This document shows positions 1-13,600 of a DNA stretch of 64,000 nt, in pieces. The notes below the pieces were generated by a model, which worked only from the letters and a program-made list of their open reading frames with translations, searched no databases and was not told the DNA's origin. Every line of letters starts with the position of its first letter. Position 1 is the first letter of the stretch. A program made the position numbers and the translations under genes. This DNA comes from Schmidtea nova (taxonomy: Eukaryota), in NCBI GenBank assembly GCA_044892505.1, contig CM097883.1, positions 424,328,001 through 424,392,000 on the forward strand, in the 5' to 3' direction.

Positions 1-2915
1 TTTTAAAAAAATTAATCCAAAATTTTCTTTAAAATCAAATCAACTTGAAAATAAATGATTTACTTTCTTTAGCGAATATAATAATCCAGTTTTTTTATAG
101 AAATATTTTCCAAATGATTTTTCATTTTAATCTTTTGTAAACTAAATGAAATACTTAAAGTAGTAAAAGAATTAAATTATATTCCATTCAAAAATTTTGT
201 TTAACGTACGGTGATAAAATTTTGTGTGAAATAAGAAAGAAATGAAAAATTAATCAAATTAATTAGAATTAAAAAAACAGACAAAATGAGTTGGTGAGCT
301 AATTAATTCTCCTCATTAAATAATGGTTACAAAAAATTTCAGCTAAAATTTTTCTTAAAAAAATTTAATAATTTATTTGTAAACCATGAATTTAATTTTT
401 TTTCTATAATTAACAGAGATTTTATGCATCAATTAATTTTAATTTTAATTTATTATAATTAATTGTACTTATATCATTTAGGACACAATTCTAAATTTGT
501 ATTTGGTAAATAAAATTGGTCTCAAAACTAAACGTTATTTTTAAAATATTTCCTTATTAGATTTAATTTAGTGGTTGTAAGCAAATTAGAATCGCTAATT
601 CACTGGTTTCCAAACCTTTTTAGTATGATGGCAACCTTATACAAAAATATACATTTCACAGCACTTGCATTATCATTTACATAATTAATTTTTATCGCCT
701 TTAGTCTCTATTTTAGAAACCGTCATTTTTAATATATAGATACACTTGAAAAATGCTGTCAGAAATTCGCGTCCTTATATAAAAAATGAAAAATTCCATT
801 ATAAAATTTAATTTTTACATAGTTTTTATCGACATCATTGGTCGAAAAAAATGCGTATTACTTATGTTTAATTGTTAAATTTTAAAATAATGATGATAAT
901 TAAATATTTACTTAGAATATCCATAATATTAAAAAATCATAAGTTGGCCTTGAAAATGAAACATTAATTAAAATATATTGTATGTATATTGAAAATTCGC
1001 TTTTAATAGTCGCCATAAGCGTGACAAAGTTACATTGTTACAAAGTTACAAGTTAGTTTATAAATACAGTTTAATGTTAACCAGACATCATCTTTATGTC
1101 TTAGAGGGCCCACGATACACCTTAAATATACTTAAGACAAAATGGCTGAGAAACACTGTGCTAATCAATCAGTTGATAAATGAGTTCATGGTGAAAAATC
1201 GATGGATTTATATTATCAATATCTAAAAAAATCCAATCTGTTGATATAAAAATTAAATAAAAATGTCCTAAAATTGAAAATTATGGAACTAAATTATAAA
1301 CGCCTACAATTTTGACAATATATTTAAACTATTATTAGTAAATAATAGTGAAGTTATTAACCTGAAAACTATTACCAATGTTTACCGTTAATTTGATATT
1401 ATTTTTTCATCGTATAGCACATATAAATATTCTAAAATTAAATAGCACTCTTTGACCTCGTTTAAACTCATTTGCGTTTTTCTATTTGTGTTTTATCGAA
1501 AAGTACTCAACTGTCCATGTGCTGATGGTATAGAATGAATTGTATTTATAGATTAATACATACACACACGCGCGCATAAACTCCGGTTTTCATTTTGGTT
1601 TGTTGACTTATGCATGTGTGTGTCTGAAAATATGTGCATATGTCTGAGTGTGTGTTGGACTGGGTTTCGTGTATATGTGCACTTTGAAGTACATCGATTT
1701 ATTAATAGATTGAAACTTATAATTAGAGGTCAATGTTGTGGTTTTTATTGCAATTTGTTTTAATCGATTGATGTGCTCGTTTAGATTTTGACTGTCAAAT
1801 AAGGTCGACTTTTTCTCTGATAATTGTTTTTTATAAATTGATTTTTTTATAGATAATGTTATAATATGAGTTGTTATATGACAATTTTAAACTTTGTTAA
1901 ATAAAAACCAATGAAAAAAATTCCAGAAATTTAAATTTTAGAGTAATCAAGTATTTAAAATTCATTTTTTTAGATAATTGGTCAAAGTTATTTTTAACCC
2001 CTATTCACCAGAAATTGTCGAAACTGGCTTTTTCAAAAGCTGAAAATTTGTGGTTAATAGGTGAAAAAAATAATTGAGATCAATTGTCTGAAAGATTTGG
2101 AAAAAATGAAATTAAAAAAGTTCATAGGTAATTTAATATTCAGATACAGTCAAACTCGGTTATAACGAACTTCATGGGACCAGGATATTTTGTATAATAA
2201 TAATAACCGGGAAATAGGCTAAACTAAAGGAAAAACTCAAAAAATAATAAAGACAGATGTGATCATTTACTAACAAAACTTAAAATACATAGATATTCAT
2301 AAAATTCATAGATATCAGCTTAAAGCTTCTTATATTTCTTCTGATAACGGAGATTGCCGTAAAAACAGATGCGGGTGTGTTGTTACTCTCTGAAAATTGA
2401 GTTATAATTTCCAAAGCTGCTTGAGCCTGTGAATACGAAACTGGTATTATTTCTGTCAGCTTCGTCTTCACTGTCTTCTTTATGAAGAATTGATTGAAAG
2501 ATATCTTCCTCTGGTGGGATTCCAGATGTTACTAAATCATCATCAGCATGAACAAAGTTATTCAAGTCTTTAACATGAGAAAAATTGCTAATTATTTTGA
2601 ATTTTAACCACAGTGACAAAGGAAGTTTTTCCGCATCCAAATCTTCCTCAACAAAACCCTCATTTGCTGAAACTGTCTCTATATTTAAACCAGATTTCTT
2701 GAAACAATTTGAAATTGTCAGAGGTTTTACACTGTCCAAGCGTCCTTTATCATGCGATTTGCATCCAGGACAGTTATTTAATCATCTTTTCCAGTCTCCC
2801 TTCTTTCAATCAATAGCAATACAAGTCTGAATCTTTAAACTTAGACCATTATTTGGGTATTCAGCATCTCTGCACTTAAAACCATTGAACCAATGCTTGA
2901 CCAACATCTCTTTTT

Positions 2916-3458
2916 GGATACTTTCCGGTTATCTCGATCTCATCAAAAAAGAAACAATTTCAATTTTAAAAATCTTTTTAAACCAATTTAAGCANNNNNN
3001 NNNNNNNNNNNNNNNNNNNNNNNNNNNNNNNNNNNNNNNNNNNNNNNNNNNNNNNNNNNNNNNNNNNNNNNNNNNNNNNNNNNNNNNNNNNNNNNNNNNN
3101 NNNNNNNNNNNNNNNNNNNNNNNNNNNNNNNNNNNNNNNNNNNNNNNNNNNNNNNNNNNNNNNNNNNNNNNNNNNNNNNNNNNNNNNNNNNNNNNNNNNN
3201 NNNNNNNNNNNNNNNNNNNNNNNNNNNNNNNNNNNNNNNNNNNNNNNNNNNNNNNNNNNNNNNNNNNNNNNNNNNNNNATGATGACTATAGATCAAAATT
3301 TTTTTTATAAACAATAACACAATATTTTGGCACAGCCTTTATCAAGTGTGTAAATAAATACACACGTGATAAAGGCTGTGCCGAAATATTGTGTTATTGT
3401 TTATAAAAAAAATTTTGATCTATAGTCATCATTGTTGGAATTATTGATAATATTATTA

Positions 3459-3490
<32 letters not shown>

Positions 3491-4294
3491 GGGGATTCGC
3501 ACTGTATCACAAAAAATCACAATCTTTTCTTGTTAAAAACAAATAAGTCATCCGACAAATGTTTTTTCAAAAGATATTTCAAGTAATTGAAATAATGAAG
3601 CTAAGGCAGTCGTGTGCGCTTGCAAACAGTTTCTGTTGAACACTTAGTGCACAGAGGCGAAAATGAAATTCATACGCCATGTTTGCAAGTTACAGATTAT
3701 CTGTAAGACCTTGCATATTCAAGTGATGTTTTATCCAGTGTATCAGGTATAGTATATAACTAAAATCTTTCGACTTTGTTTTATACTTACCTGGTGCGTA
3801 GAAAAATTTTCGCGTCTCCTGCATAGCACTGGTGAGAGCAAAAAGCTCGAAACTAGTCTGCTATTGGGGATTTGCACTGGGTATCACAAAAAATCACAAG
3901 CTTTTCTTATTCTTATTCTTATTTTATTATTATTAACGTTATTGTCATTATTATTATAATTATTTTAACCGGAAAGTACCATAAATAATTATAAAAAATA
4001 AAAAATAATGGAAACATTAATGAATAATAATAATAAANNNNNNNNNNNNNNNNNNNNNNNNNNNNNNNNNNNNNNNNNNNNNNNNNNNNNNNNNNNNNNN
4101 NNNNNNNNNNNNNNNNNNNNNNNNNNNNNNNNNNNNNNNNNNNNNNNNNNNNNNNNNNNNNNNNNNNNNNNNNNNNNNNNNNNNNNNNNNNNNNNNNNNN
4201 NNNNNNNNNNNNNNNNNNNGTCTTAATTGGTTTAAAAAGATTTTTAAAATTGAAATTGTTATTTATTGATGATGTCGAGATGGGGACAGTATCC
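2916..4294. mobile_element. Foldback-like non-autonomous TIR element (GGATAC...GTATCC) containing hairpins, (ATT)n and assembly gaps
   Basis: ~75-bp imperfect inverted repeats at 2916-2993 and 4220-4294, in a T-run target. Removing the element plus 5 T restores the Tigger frame TCEKRDVGQALVQWF. Confidence 0.7.
3279..3432. repeat. Near-perfect DNA palindrome/hairpin (~65-bp arms)
   Basis: ATGATGACTATAGATCAAAA...GGCACAGCCTTTATCA pairs with TGATAAAGGCTGTGCC...TTTTGATCTATAGTCATCAT with 1 mismatch. The spacer also self-pairs (GTGTGTA/TACACAC). Confidence 0.93.
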
Positions 4295-5301
4295 TTTTTT
4301 CACAGGTTTTTATTTTTTTGCAGTTTGCAGCATTGCTATCTAATGCTGATAGAATCAATTCTTTGTTCTTCCAAAATATTGAAACTGTTGACTTTGAGAG
4401 ATTTTATTTCTTACAAACCTGTGGATTTGTATCTCTTCTTTCCGATTCACGGATAATTTCAACTTTTTCACAAATTGAGATGATCTTCATATTGTTTGTT
4501 CCCATTTTAACAAGACTTTATTTGAGAAGGACAGAAAAATTATTTAATTTAATTTTAATAATTATACTTTGTGCGTATTTAATTAATTTGAGTTGAAATT
4601 AAAATTATTATTAATCAAAATTGAAAAAAAAATCTTAAATTAAAAAAAATTTTCGTTATAACCGAGTTTATGTTCTCTATAACTTGAAAAAAGTATCTCT
4701 AAAATAACTCAAACCGAACCAAAGCTGCTATCAGTTCGTTACAAGCGAAATTTCGTTATAACCGAGTTTGGCTGTAAGTCCATCAAATGTTATTTACGTA
4801 TTTTTTGATTTCAAAAATCAATAAGATTTCAATCTAACGAAAAAGAATGCGGTTTTTCTTTAGAATATTTAACTTTAATCTAGATAATGGTTGGTTTGTT
4901 GGAATATGTTTTATCTAAATCTTTAAAAAGATTATGATCCACTTGATTGATTACGAGTCTGTAACAAATATATAAAATATGATCCGATTTGTAAGTGATG
5001 ATATTGATTATCGAATAAAAGTGTGTAAATTTAGCAAATAGTCATTATTTGTTTTGTGGACATGTCTTGAATCCGTTGCGAAATTTTGTTACTAGACAAG
5101 GATCTTTTTGCATTTGTATTTGGAATTCAAACAGCTGGCATAATCACATTTTCAGCTTCCATGTGAGCTATCTTTTTTTGCACAAAAGTTCGTATGATTC
5201 GAATCAATTTTGCAATTTTGTTACAGACTAAGCTAAAAAGACTCTCCAACTGCAGAGCGAAAAATCCTATTTGGACGTTATAATTGTTGTATTTTTGTTT
5301 C

Positions 5302-5729
5302 CAGGGCCGGCTCAAAGGTCGGGACTTTGGGAATTTTTTCCCGAGGTCCCGCGCTTTCATATTCTAACAATTATTAGTACAATTATTAGTAGTTAAGCAA
5401 ATTTTTCCAAATTAAAGTTAATTAAAAATTATCTAAGATCAACCATGCAACAAGATAGGTTAGAGGGGGGCTATTTTGTCAATAGAACAGGAGGTAACAA
5501 AACAGATAAATTTTGATAATAGTATTGAGGAATTAGCAGTTAAAGAGTCTACGAAATAGGAATAAAAAACTATTATGTTTATGTATTTATATTATTGTAT
5601 ATATTGAAGAAATAAATATTTCATTAAATGAATTGATAAAATTATGTTCATGTATCATTTTTTCTGTTTTTGGAAGTGGCCCGCATATAATATTTTCCCG
5701 AGGCCCCGCAAAACCCACTGCTGGCCCTG
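5302..5729. mobile_element. hAT-type MITE
   Basis: TIR CAGGGCCGGC / GCTGGCCCTG. Flanking 8-mers TTTGTTTC / TTCGTTAC (6/8 match) are consistent with a decayed 8-bp TSD. Confidence 0.6.
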
Positions 5730-6978
5730 TTCGTTACTTTTTGACAGACGCTAGAGTGGTCAGTTTGATTCATGTATTCTTTGAATTTATCAGCCATTTA
5801 TCCATTTCTATCATTTGAATTTTATTTGTTGAAAAAGAATTTTTAGTTATGTTGTACTATTGGGAGGAGGGGGCGCAAATAACTTTTTAATTGAATTTTT
5901 AATTTTATATAAGTGATATAAAAATAGAATTATTAATTATGCTTTAATTTGAAATAAAATGTTATAATTTAAAATTCAATTAAATTAGAAAATAAAATAA
6001 AATAAATATAATTAATATAGATGATAATAAACAGAAACCAAACTCACAATTCAATTTATCCAAAATGAAAACCGCGTATCATATTAACAACTACATCAAC
6101 TTTCTCATTTAATATTCTCATTAATTATTATCGAAATCAGCGATTTCATGGAATTAGAAAATAGCAATTTGATTTAAACAAATTTAGAACGCCCTCTAAA
6201 AAATTTCAGTGAGGCGTCTAATAAAAATACCAAAAATTAATATTAATTACATTTATCAAGAAATAAATAAAATAATTATTAGAAATATAATAACAAGTAA
6301 TACATAGAAAAATTTAATATTTCTCAAATAAATCCTTTAATTTAAATTGTTATTATTGCTTTATTCACTTGGTCTTACACTTGGAAGGTTGAGACTTTGT
6401 CTAGTAGTTCTACTTCTCGCTATATTTTGACCTCTATTCGAGGCCAAATGAACTTCTTCTACACAATTTGTCTTTCTTGATTCATTGTAAAATTCAATAT
6501 AATCCAACAAATTNNNNNNNNNNNNNNNNNNNNNNNNNNNNNNNNNNNNNNNNNNNNNNNNNNNNNNNNNNNNNNNNNNNNNNNNNNNNNNNNNNNNNNN
6601 NNNNNNNNNNNNNNNNNNNNNNNNNNNNNNNNNNNNNNNNNNNNNNNTTTTAGTTACCGTCTTGATCTTTTATTTAAAATTCTGTTTGTTTTCATTCTTT
6701 CAGACAAAAGATAAAAATATTTTCAATTTAACACTTTTTCAACTTTATAATTGAATAACTAAATGCAAGTTAACCCATTCGCTAAGCCAATCCCAAAATG
6801 GGGATTGGATTTTTTTTACTTACAATAGAATTATATTAAATAAAATTTATATTCGTTAAAAAACATACTTCTAGTTTTCAAAATTATTTTTTGTCTCAAT
6901 GTTGCCCAACTTGCAAAAGTATTTAACATATAAATTTATAACCTATGTGGTTATCAAAAATAAAAATTTAGCAGTTAA

Positions 6979-7668
6979 TCTAATATATGAAGGGCAATGT
7001 TTGTGGGTTCTCTTTAGACATCCAAACCGCTGGACCGATCTCGATGAAATTTGACAAGGTGGTAGTCTTCGAGAGGAGAAAGTTATTAGCTGGGTTTCGA
7101 CTCCTACCTCCGGAGTCAGGAGAGTCAAAAATTTGGTCTAGGGTGGCTCCGCAGCATCAACCGTGCGATTTGGTGAAAACTTTATAAAACAAAAGTTATA
7201 GTGCACCCCTGTTTTATTATGGGTGGATCACGTTTCCGGACCAGAGTCTCATATACTTCTAAATTCATTTTCAACTTAAAATAAAACAATAATAATCAAA
7301 TTTGAAGAAATTACTCACGATTTAACTTTTTGTAACATGTTTAAGTTTTCTTTTTTCAGTGCGCAAGAACAATTTCATTGAAAAGTTTGAGTAAATGTTT
7401 TTTTGGAAATTCTTTGTTTGTTGTTTTTAAGAGGAAAATAAACAAAACTTATTACTTACTTAATGTCTTACAGTTATTTCATAGCTTTAACCAACAGTGT
7501 CACATTTTGTGGCATTATTGTGTAACACTAAAAATATTGCGATGTCTTAATGTGCATTACCCAGAATCGGTATAACAAAGTTCCAGATGGACATCAAGTT
7601 TTGATTGAGTGATATGCTTTGCTTACTTTTAAATATTGACCCGGGTAACGGTGGGTAACCCCAGCTAG
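6979..7668 (+). mobile_element. Non-autonomous Helitron-type element
   Basis: Inserted A|TC...CTAG|T. The 3' end has the GC-rich subterminal stretch CCCGGGTAACGGTGGGTAACCCC just before CTAG. No TSD, as expected for rolling-circle elements. Confidence 0.55.
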
Positions 7669-8195
7669 TAGGTTTTAAAAATAAATTTTTCTCCTTCTTC
7701 ATACATTATATTATGACCGTTGTTGAGGAGACATAGACAGTGGAATAATATGAGATTGTTATTTATATTTGTTATTATTATTAAAGACCTTATAATTTTC
7801 TACTATAAAGTAGAAATTAATATAATATGTTTAGGATGCGACACGAGCCTTTATATAAATGACACATATGAATAAAATCTTTAACGGTGTGAAGTAATAT
7901 TGATATAAAGGATGCTAAGACTATTTTTGCTGGACTGTTCGGATTTTGAGCACAATATCTCATTGTCTCTTTTATCAAAATTTTAAGAAATGCACAATAA
8001 TATTTCTTCCATTTTATTCTTTTATTGTTTAAATTACGTGGTCTCACTTTATACTGTAATAATATCGCAGCATGTCTTTTAATAAAAAATGTAATTTGAA
8101 AAGGGTTTATTTATGAATGAAAAACTAGTTTTGGCCAACTAGAGTATTTGTTTGAATTTATTAGAAATTTTTTTTAACAGATAATTATTTTTCAG

Positions 8196-9287
8196 GAATA
8201 CCCTAATACTACTGCAATTGTTTATGATGTCGGAATGCTTAGTCATAGATGTTTGTGTGGCAATGAAGATATTCATCCAGAATCTTCAAGACGTTTAGCC
8301 ATGGTTTGGGAAAGACTTAAAGAATCACAAATCGTGCTACGATGTCACGTTATTCCTGGGAAAAAAGCATCAATGGATGATTTGCAATTGTGTCATGAAG
8401 ACACCTATTCAGTTCTTTTTGGAACCAATCCGGCTAATAGATTGAAAATTAATCCACAACTATTAATGTCCGTCGAGTTCTGTCGGTTGCCGTGCGGTGG
8501 TATTGGTGTTGACAGTGATACGATTTGGAATAACGCTCACACGGCCAATGCTGCTCGATTAGCCGTTGGCTGCGTTGTTGAATTAACGTTGAAAATTGTT
8601 AGAGGTGAATTGAGGAATGGATTTGCTTTAGTAAGGCCTCCTGGTCACCATGCAGAATTTAGTCAAGCCATGGGGTTTGGTTATTTTAATTCAGTCGCTA
8701 TAGCGGCCAAGAAGATTACAATGCAAACAGCCGTGAAACGAGTGTTAATAATTGATTGGGATATACATCACGGCAATGGCACTCAACAAATATTCTATAA
8801 TGATCCATCAGTTCTTTATATATCTCTACACAGGCACGATAATGGGCATTTTTTTCCGGGTACCGGATTGATTGAAGAAATTGGTGAAGGTGCTGGTACT
8901 AATTATAATATAAATATCGCTTGGAAAAGTCCACCAGATGGTTCTTTCTTGTCTATGTCTGATGCTGAATACATAGCGGCATTTGTTCATATCGTTCTGC
9001 CAGTTGCTAAAGAATTCAATCCGGACTTGATTATCGTTTCGGCGGGATTTGATGCGACTAAAATGCATTCTTCGAGTCTCGGAGGGTACAGTGTTTCTCC
9101 TGCATGCTTTGGGTGGATGACACAGAAATTGGTCATGTCTGGATTAGCCGAAGGTCGAGTTGTGATGGCTCTTGAAGGTGGCTATGATATTCCATCATTG
9201 TGTGACTGTGTTGAAGTGTGTATGCGAGCTTTGATTAAGCCAGATGTGCTCAATTTCACTGAGTCTGGTACTAGACCTCTTAAAGAA
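8196..9287 (+). CDS. HDAC4: Class IIa histone deacetylase (HDAC4/5/7/9 family), catalytic-domain exon of a gene whose 5' exons were not located
   Basis: Acceptor TTTTTCAG ends at 8195, donor GTTAGT at 9288, 364 codons, phase 0/0. Motifs: TTAIVYD..M..HRCLCG....HPE and LPCGGIGVDSDTIWN (class IIa structural Zn site), RPPGHHAE, IDWDIHHGNGTQ, SLHRHDNGHFFPGTG, SAGFDA, LEGGY. Confidence 0.93.
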
Positions 9288-10771
9288 GTTAGTATATTTA
9301 GTATATTTGTTAAAATTCATATTCCAGGCTTTACTTGTGATGTTTTACTTATTAATTATAAGTACTATATTGATTGTAATTTATACTTACAAATAATTAT
9401 TTTAACAATTATTTTTGTCATTGTCTTTAGTTTTATATTAGTTTTAAAAAATATGTTATAAACCAGAAAATGAAAGCAAAAATAAACAAGTCAGCATTTG
9501 AAAGAGTTGTTGAGATTTTATGAATTTTATTTTGTAAAACTCTTCAATGGGATGAATAACCTTGAATATTGTTAGTTCTTCTTAATAACATCTTCAATCA
9601 CGTCACTTGATTTTTTATCGATATCATTTATTTTTATTGTTTAGACCAGAGATTTCCAAATATTTTGGAGCTAATGCCACTTTATTCCAAAAATTTTTCT
9701 TCAATGCATTCCACGGCATACTCAGAATGACGGACTGTATGACCCAGTTATAACTATAAAAAATATTTAAAAACAATAACCTGAATTAAGTTTATTTATA
9801 AAAGTATTAGAGTGATTTTTTAACATTATTTAATCTTTTACCGTATACAGTAGCACGTCAGCTACATCCTTTAAAATGCAACTAAAATTATGTTGGTACT
9901 AAAAACCAGTTGTCAAATACTGGTATACATTACTACCAACATCTAACTGATACAATCTTGTTTTAATTAAAATTTAATTACTAATTTTTTTTGGTCACAA
10001 AAAAGTCATGCAGTAAGGGGTTAAATTAATCTTCCAGAAAAAAATTAGTGGCTTTATCATCTACTTTTCATTCGTCAATATTACCCTTCTTTTTTCTCTT
10101 ATGAATTTGTGTCGAGCCAAGCACTGTTAGGGAGTTTACGATTGAGGAAAATTACATGTGTTACAACATAAGTCTAAATGACGTATAAAAATTGGTTTAT
10201 TGCTCCTAACACCTAAATTGTCTGGCCTAACACCCACAAGAAGTTGGTATCGCCGACTTTGGGAATAACTGTTTTAGATAATTAATCAAAAAAATTTTAA
10301 TTAAAATAAATTTTCAGTCTTTTTCTTGATAATAAAAATTATTTTTTTTCGACAAAAACAACTCCGAAACTTTTTTAAATATTCATTGGCTCTTGATGTG
10401 AAAGCCTTAGAATTTTAAGTAAAAATTCGCTAAATAAACCTAAAATATAATAAAATTTGAACGTAAAAAAATTTATGGTTTTTATTTTTTAAATTCAAAT
10501 CATTATCAGCTAAAATGAACCTAGTTTTAAACATGCAGAGTTCTTTAAACAAATTCTAACTGGCAAATATAAATAAAAAATCACATTCATAAACAACGTA
10601 CGATTCCAATCAGTCAATCGTAAACACAATGGTAAATAAATATACACACCGATTTGATATGTTACAATAAAACAAACAAATGACGATGATAAGCCCATGT
10701 GTCTAAAAATAAATTATTTTCTCCAATTAATAAAAAATTCAGAATTTATTTGAAAATTTTATGGAATATTT

Positions 10772-10774
<3 letters not shown>

Positions 10775-10836
<62 letters not shown>
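10775..10836. repeat. (AT)n microsatellite
   Basis: ~60-bp AT dinucleotide run. Confidence 0.95.
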
Positions 10837-10840
<4 letters not shown>

Positions 10841-11894
10841 CATACATTGAGTTGAAAATAAAATTTTGTTTGAGAGGTTGAAATTAAAAGATTGGAAAGC
10901 AGTCATCCTCCTTCTGTTGTCTAGATTTGTGAAAATTCATACATTTGTTCTGAAATTTAATTGTTTTGTGAATAATTTAGACATGCACTTTTAGTCCCTG
11001 GATTTATATGACTTACAAAATTTACTTGTTACATCAAAGCGCATTAATTAGGAGCAAGATAGACAAAAATTAAGGTTACCTATAAGAAATAATTAAATTA
11101 AATTATATGTAGAAAAAAATACTCACTTGAAATAAGGACAAAAATTGAGGACAGTCATAAATAAAGTGCATTAACCATTGGTATTTAACCGGAGGGGGAG
11201 AACTCTATAGAAAAAATTCAACAAATTTACTTTACATTAAATTTATTTATTCCTTACTATGTTTCGTATTATTTTAAAAAATACACTGATTACTTTGAGT
11301 AATGTTTTTAAAAAAACAATTCTTTATGTCTCATTGATTGTTTTTTTTAATAATTGAGTTAATAAAAATTTAAGACGCCTCGAAAATTTTATAATTAATA
11401 TTGTGGTGTTGTGATCTTAAAATGTTGAGAACCACTGGTATATAAATAATTTTTGTCAGAAAAATAAATTACTAACACACATACTCATTAAACAACAATA
11501 CTATAATAAGATAATACATAATAAAATTAAATGTAAAGTCATGCTTTAAAATTTAATAAAAATGGTTTATGGAAATATTACGAATGCTTCGAATTGAAAT
11601 AACGATTCTGTGTTTAAGAATATCATTGAAAGACGTTAATTATCATTTAAAAAATTTAGACTTAAAATATTACATTTTTAAAATATTACAAATAATTTTT
11701 AAAAAATCCTCAAATTTGTATTTAATGTCATAATTATGTTTAATTTCTAAATTAAAATACTATTATAGAAGCATATTAAAAAAATAAAACTATTAAAAAC
11801 ATTTCTAAATTATTATCAACTATCCTTAATGTGTATTATTTCTACTTAATAAATGACAGCTGGTGCATCATTTGTTTGAAATTTTTGTTAATTT

Positions 11895-11896
<2 letters not shown>

Positions 11897-11976
<80 letters not shown>
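11897..11976. repeat. (AT)n microsatellite
   Basis: ~80-bp AT dinucleotide run. Confidence 0.95.
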
Positions 11977-11984
<8 letters not shown>

Positions 11985-12871
11985 GTTGGTATGAAAACTC
12001 TGACTCCACGTCTTCTCTTTTATAATAATAATGATGATACCCAACACAGATACATTCTTTTATTTAGATTTCAATCACAAAGAATTTATCAAAAATGTTT
12101 CAGATTTTTTCATCTGCACTTTTTTTGCGCCAGGGGTAATTCTTCTAAAGTGAAATCGCCCTTTCTGGTGCAAAATTGATTTAATTTAGTTACTATTATT
12201 CTCTTTATTCATTAAACTAACTTAATTTGCTTCAAGATTTTCGATATTTTGAATCGCCCAAAAATATTTGTCTTCGACCACTTGCGGCTTTTGAGGAATT
12301 GCCTTCTCTTTTATGGTGATTTTTTAATTGCATCATTCTTCAATTTTAATTTTATTGGTGACAGGTGCCTCTTATGGGTTATCAATACTAATTAGAGTTT
12401 TTCACATTTCTCTGGTTTCTTATTTTCAGCTAATTTATTTAAAATAAATTAATTAATTGACAATTCGGGTTACCCCTACAACTTTGATTTTCTTTCTACT
12501 TCGGGTTTTCCATACAAATAATTTGTTCGGGATGATTGAATTATTTTGTTGACAAATCGGGTTTCTCGTTGGTTGTCTAATTTTCTAAGGTAATTTAATA
12601 ATTTTTTTCGGTTTTTCCATTGGCTTGGTTTTCTTTAATTAGTTTGTACTTTCTTAGTATTTATTTATTTCCCTTTATTTTTTATCATTATATTTGAATT
12701 TGTCTCATTATTTGGTATCCGCCTATACCTATTTCATCCGCAAAGTATTTATTTTTAATTTATTGTGCACTTTATTTGTTTTTTTTGAATTTTGATGTTT
12801 TTATTGATTTATGCTCAGTGTTTTCGTGCATTTTATTCTATTTCGTGTCTGTTCAGACGAACTACAACACG

Positions 12872-12922
<51 letters not shown>

Positions 12923-13074
12923 TCATAAAGTCCATGCGTTATCAAAATTACAAATACTTTTGACTTTTTGAGTATATTTCATAGAAAGAATCTATTGAAA
13001 ACCAAAGAAAGAAGAAACACTTAAGTTTCCTAGTGTTTATTAAAATTTTTTACATGTAAATTCTCATTACTACT

Positions 13075-13600
13075 AAAAAGGGAATAGGATTCTGTAGTTC
13101 GCTATAAACAATTTCGAGTTGACTTTCAGTAGTACCATGAATTATATCAGTGATCCTAACTTGCAATTATTCTTAAGATTGAGGTCTTGTTGAATGAACA
13201 TTGGTCTTCACATGTCCCCATAAAAAGAACTCCAATTGAGTCAAATCTGACAAACTTGGATGCTAGGAATGCGATCCATTGCTTCCAATTGATCTGTTAA
13301 GGAATTTCTCATTTAGAGACCTTCTAACTTACATAGCAAAGTGACTAGGACTTCTCAGCTTTTGTGAGTTAGGACTTCCTTAAAGGCTTCTACTTCAAAT
13401 GCTACAGTTCCTGTACTAACACGTGGTTTACTGTACCGTTGTTTATGACTGACAGAACCAGTTTCTTTAAATTTTTACATTCGCTAAGATTTTCTTTCTT
13501 ATACTTGATTCTAAACCTTATTTTGAACCGCTGCGGTAGATTTTAGTTCAGTCAGCCAATGCACACAGTTTACTTTCTCTTCTAGTGAGGCTATTGGTCA
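13075..13600 (-). pseudogene. Degenerate Tc1/mariner-superfamily transposase (DUF4817-type HTH plus DDE C-terminus), internally deleted
   Basis: Minus-strand fragments ELKSTAAVQ...KFKETGSVSHKQRYSKPRVS and HPSLSDLTQLEFFLWGHVK (cf. WPPRSPDLTPLDFFLWGYVK), with many stops. Boundaries are approximate. Confidence 0.65.

Larger units (their letters stand above)
2147..4774 (-). mobile_element. Tigger/pogo-type DNA transposon, internally deleted and interrupted by a foldback insertion
   Basis: 23-bp TIRs CAGTCAAACTCGGTTATAACGAA (2147) / TTCGTTATAACCGAGTTTGGCTG (ends 4774; 1 mismatch), each flanked by TA. Minus-strand remnants include a CENP-B-like HTH (EKVEIIRE...LSKSTVSIFWKNKELI, ~4300-4500), DVGQALVQWF (~2880-2910) and the DDE_1 C-terminal DAWDSVKPLTISNCFKKSG (~2690-2760). 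Confidence 0.88.

Noticed and set aside
5049-5270. Cys-containing minus-strand fragments suggestive of a piggyBac C-terminal domain
   Set aside because: The Cys/His spacing could not be reconstructed in one frame, and there are no supporting TIRs.
9288-9461. Hydrophobic C-terminal tail of track ORF 8235-9461
   Set aside because: This is read-through into the intron. A GTTAGT donor at 9288 and a matching downstream exon explain the real C-terminus.
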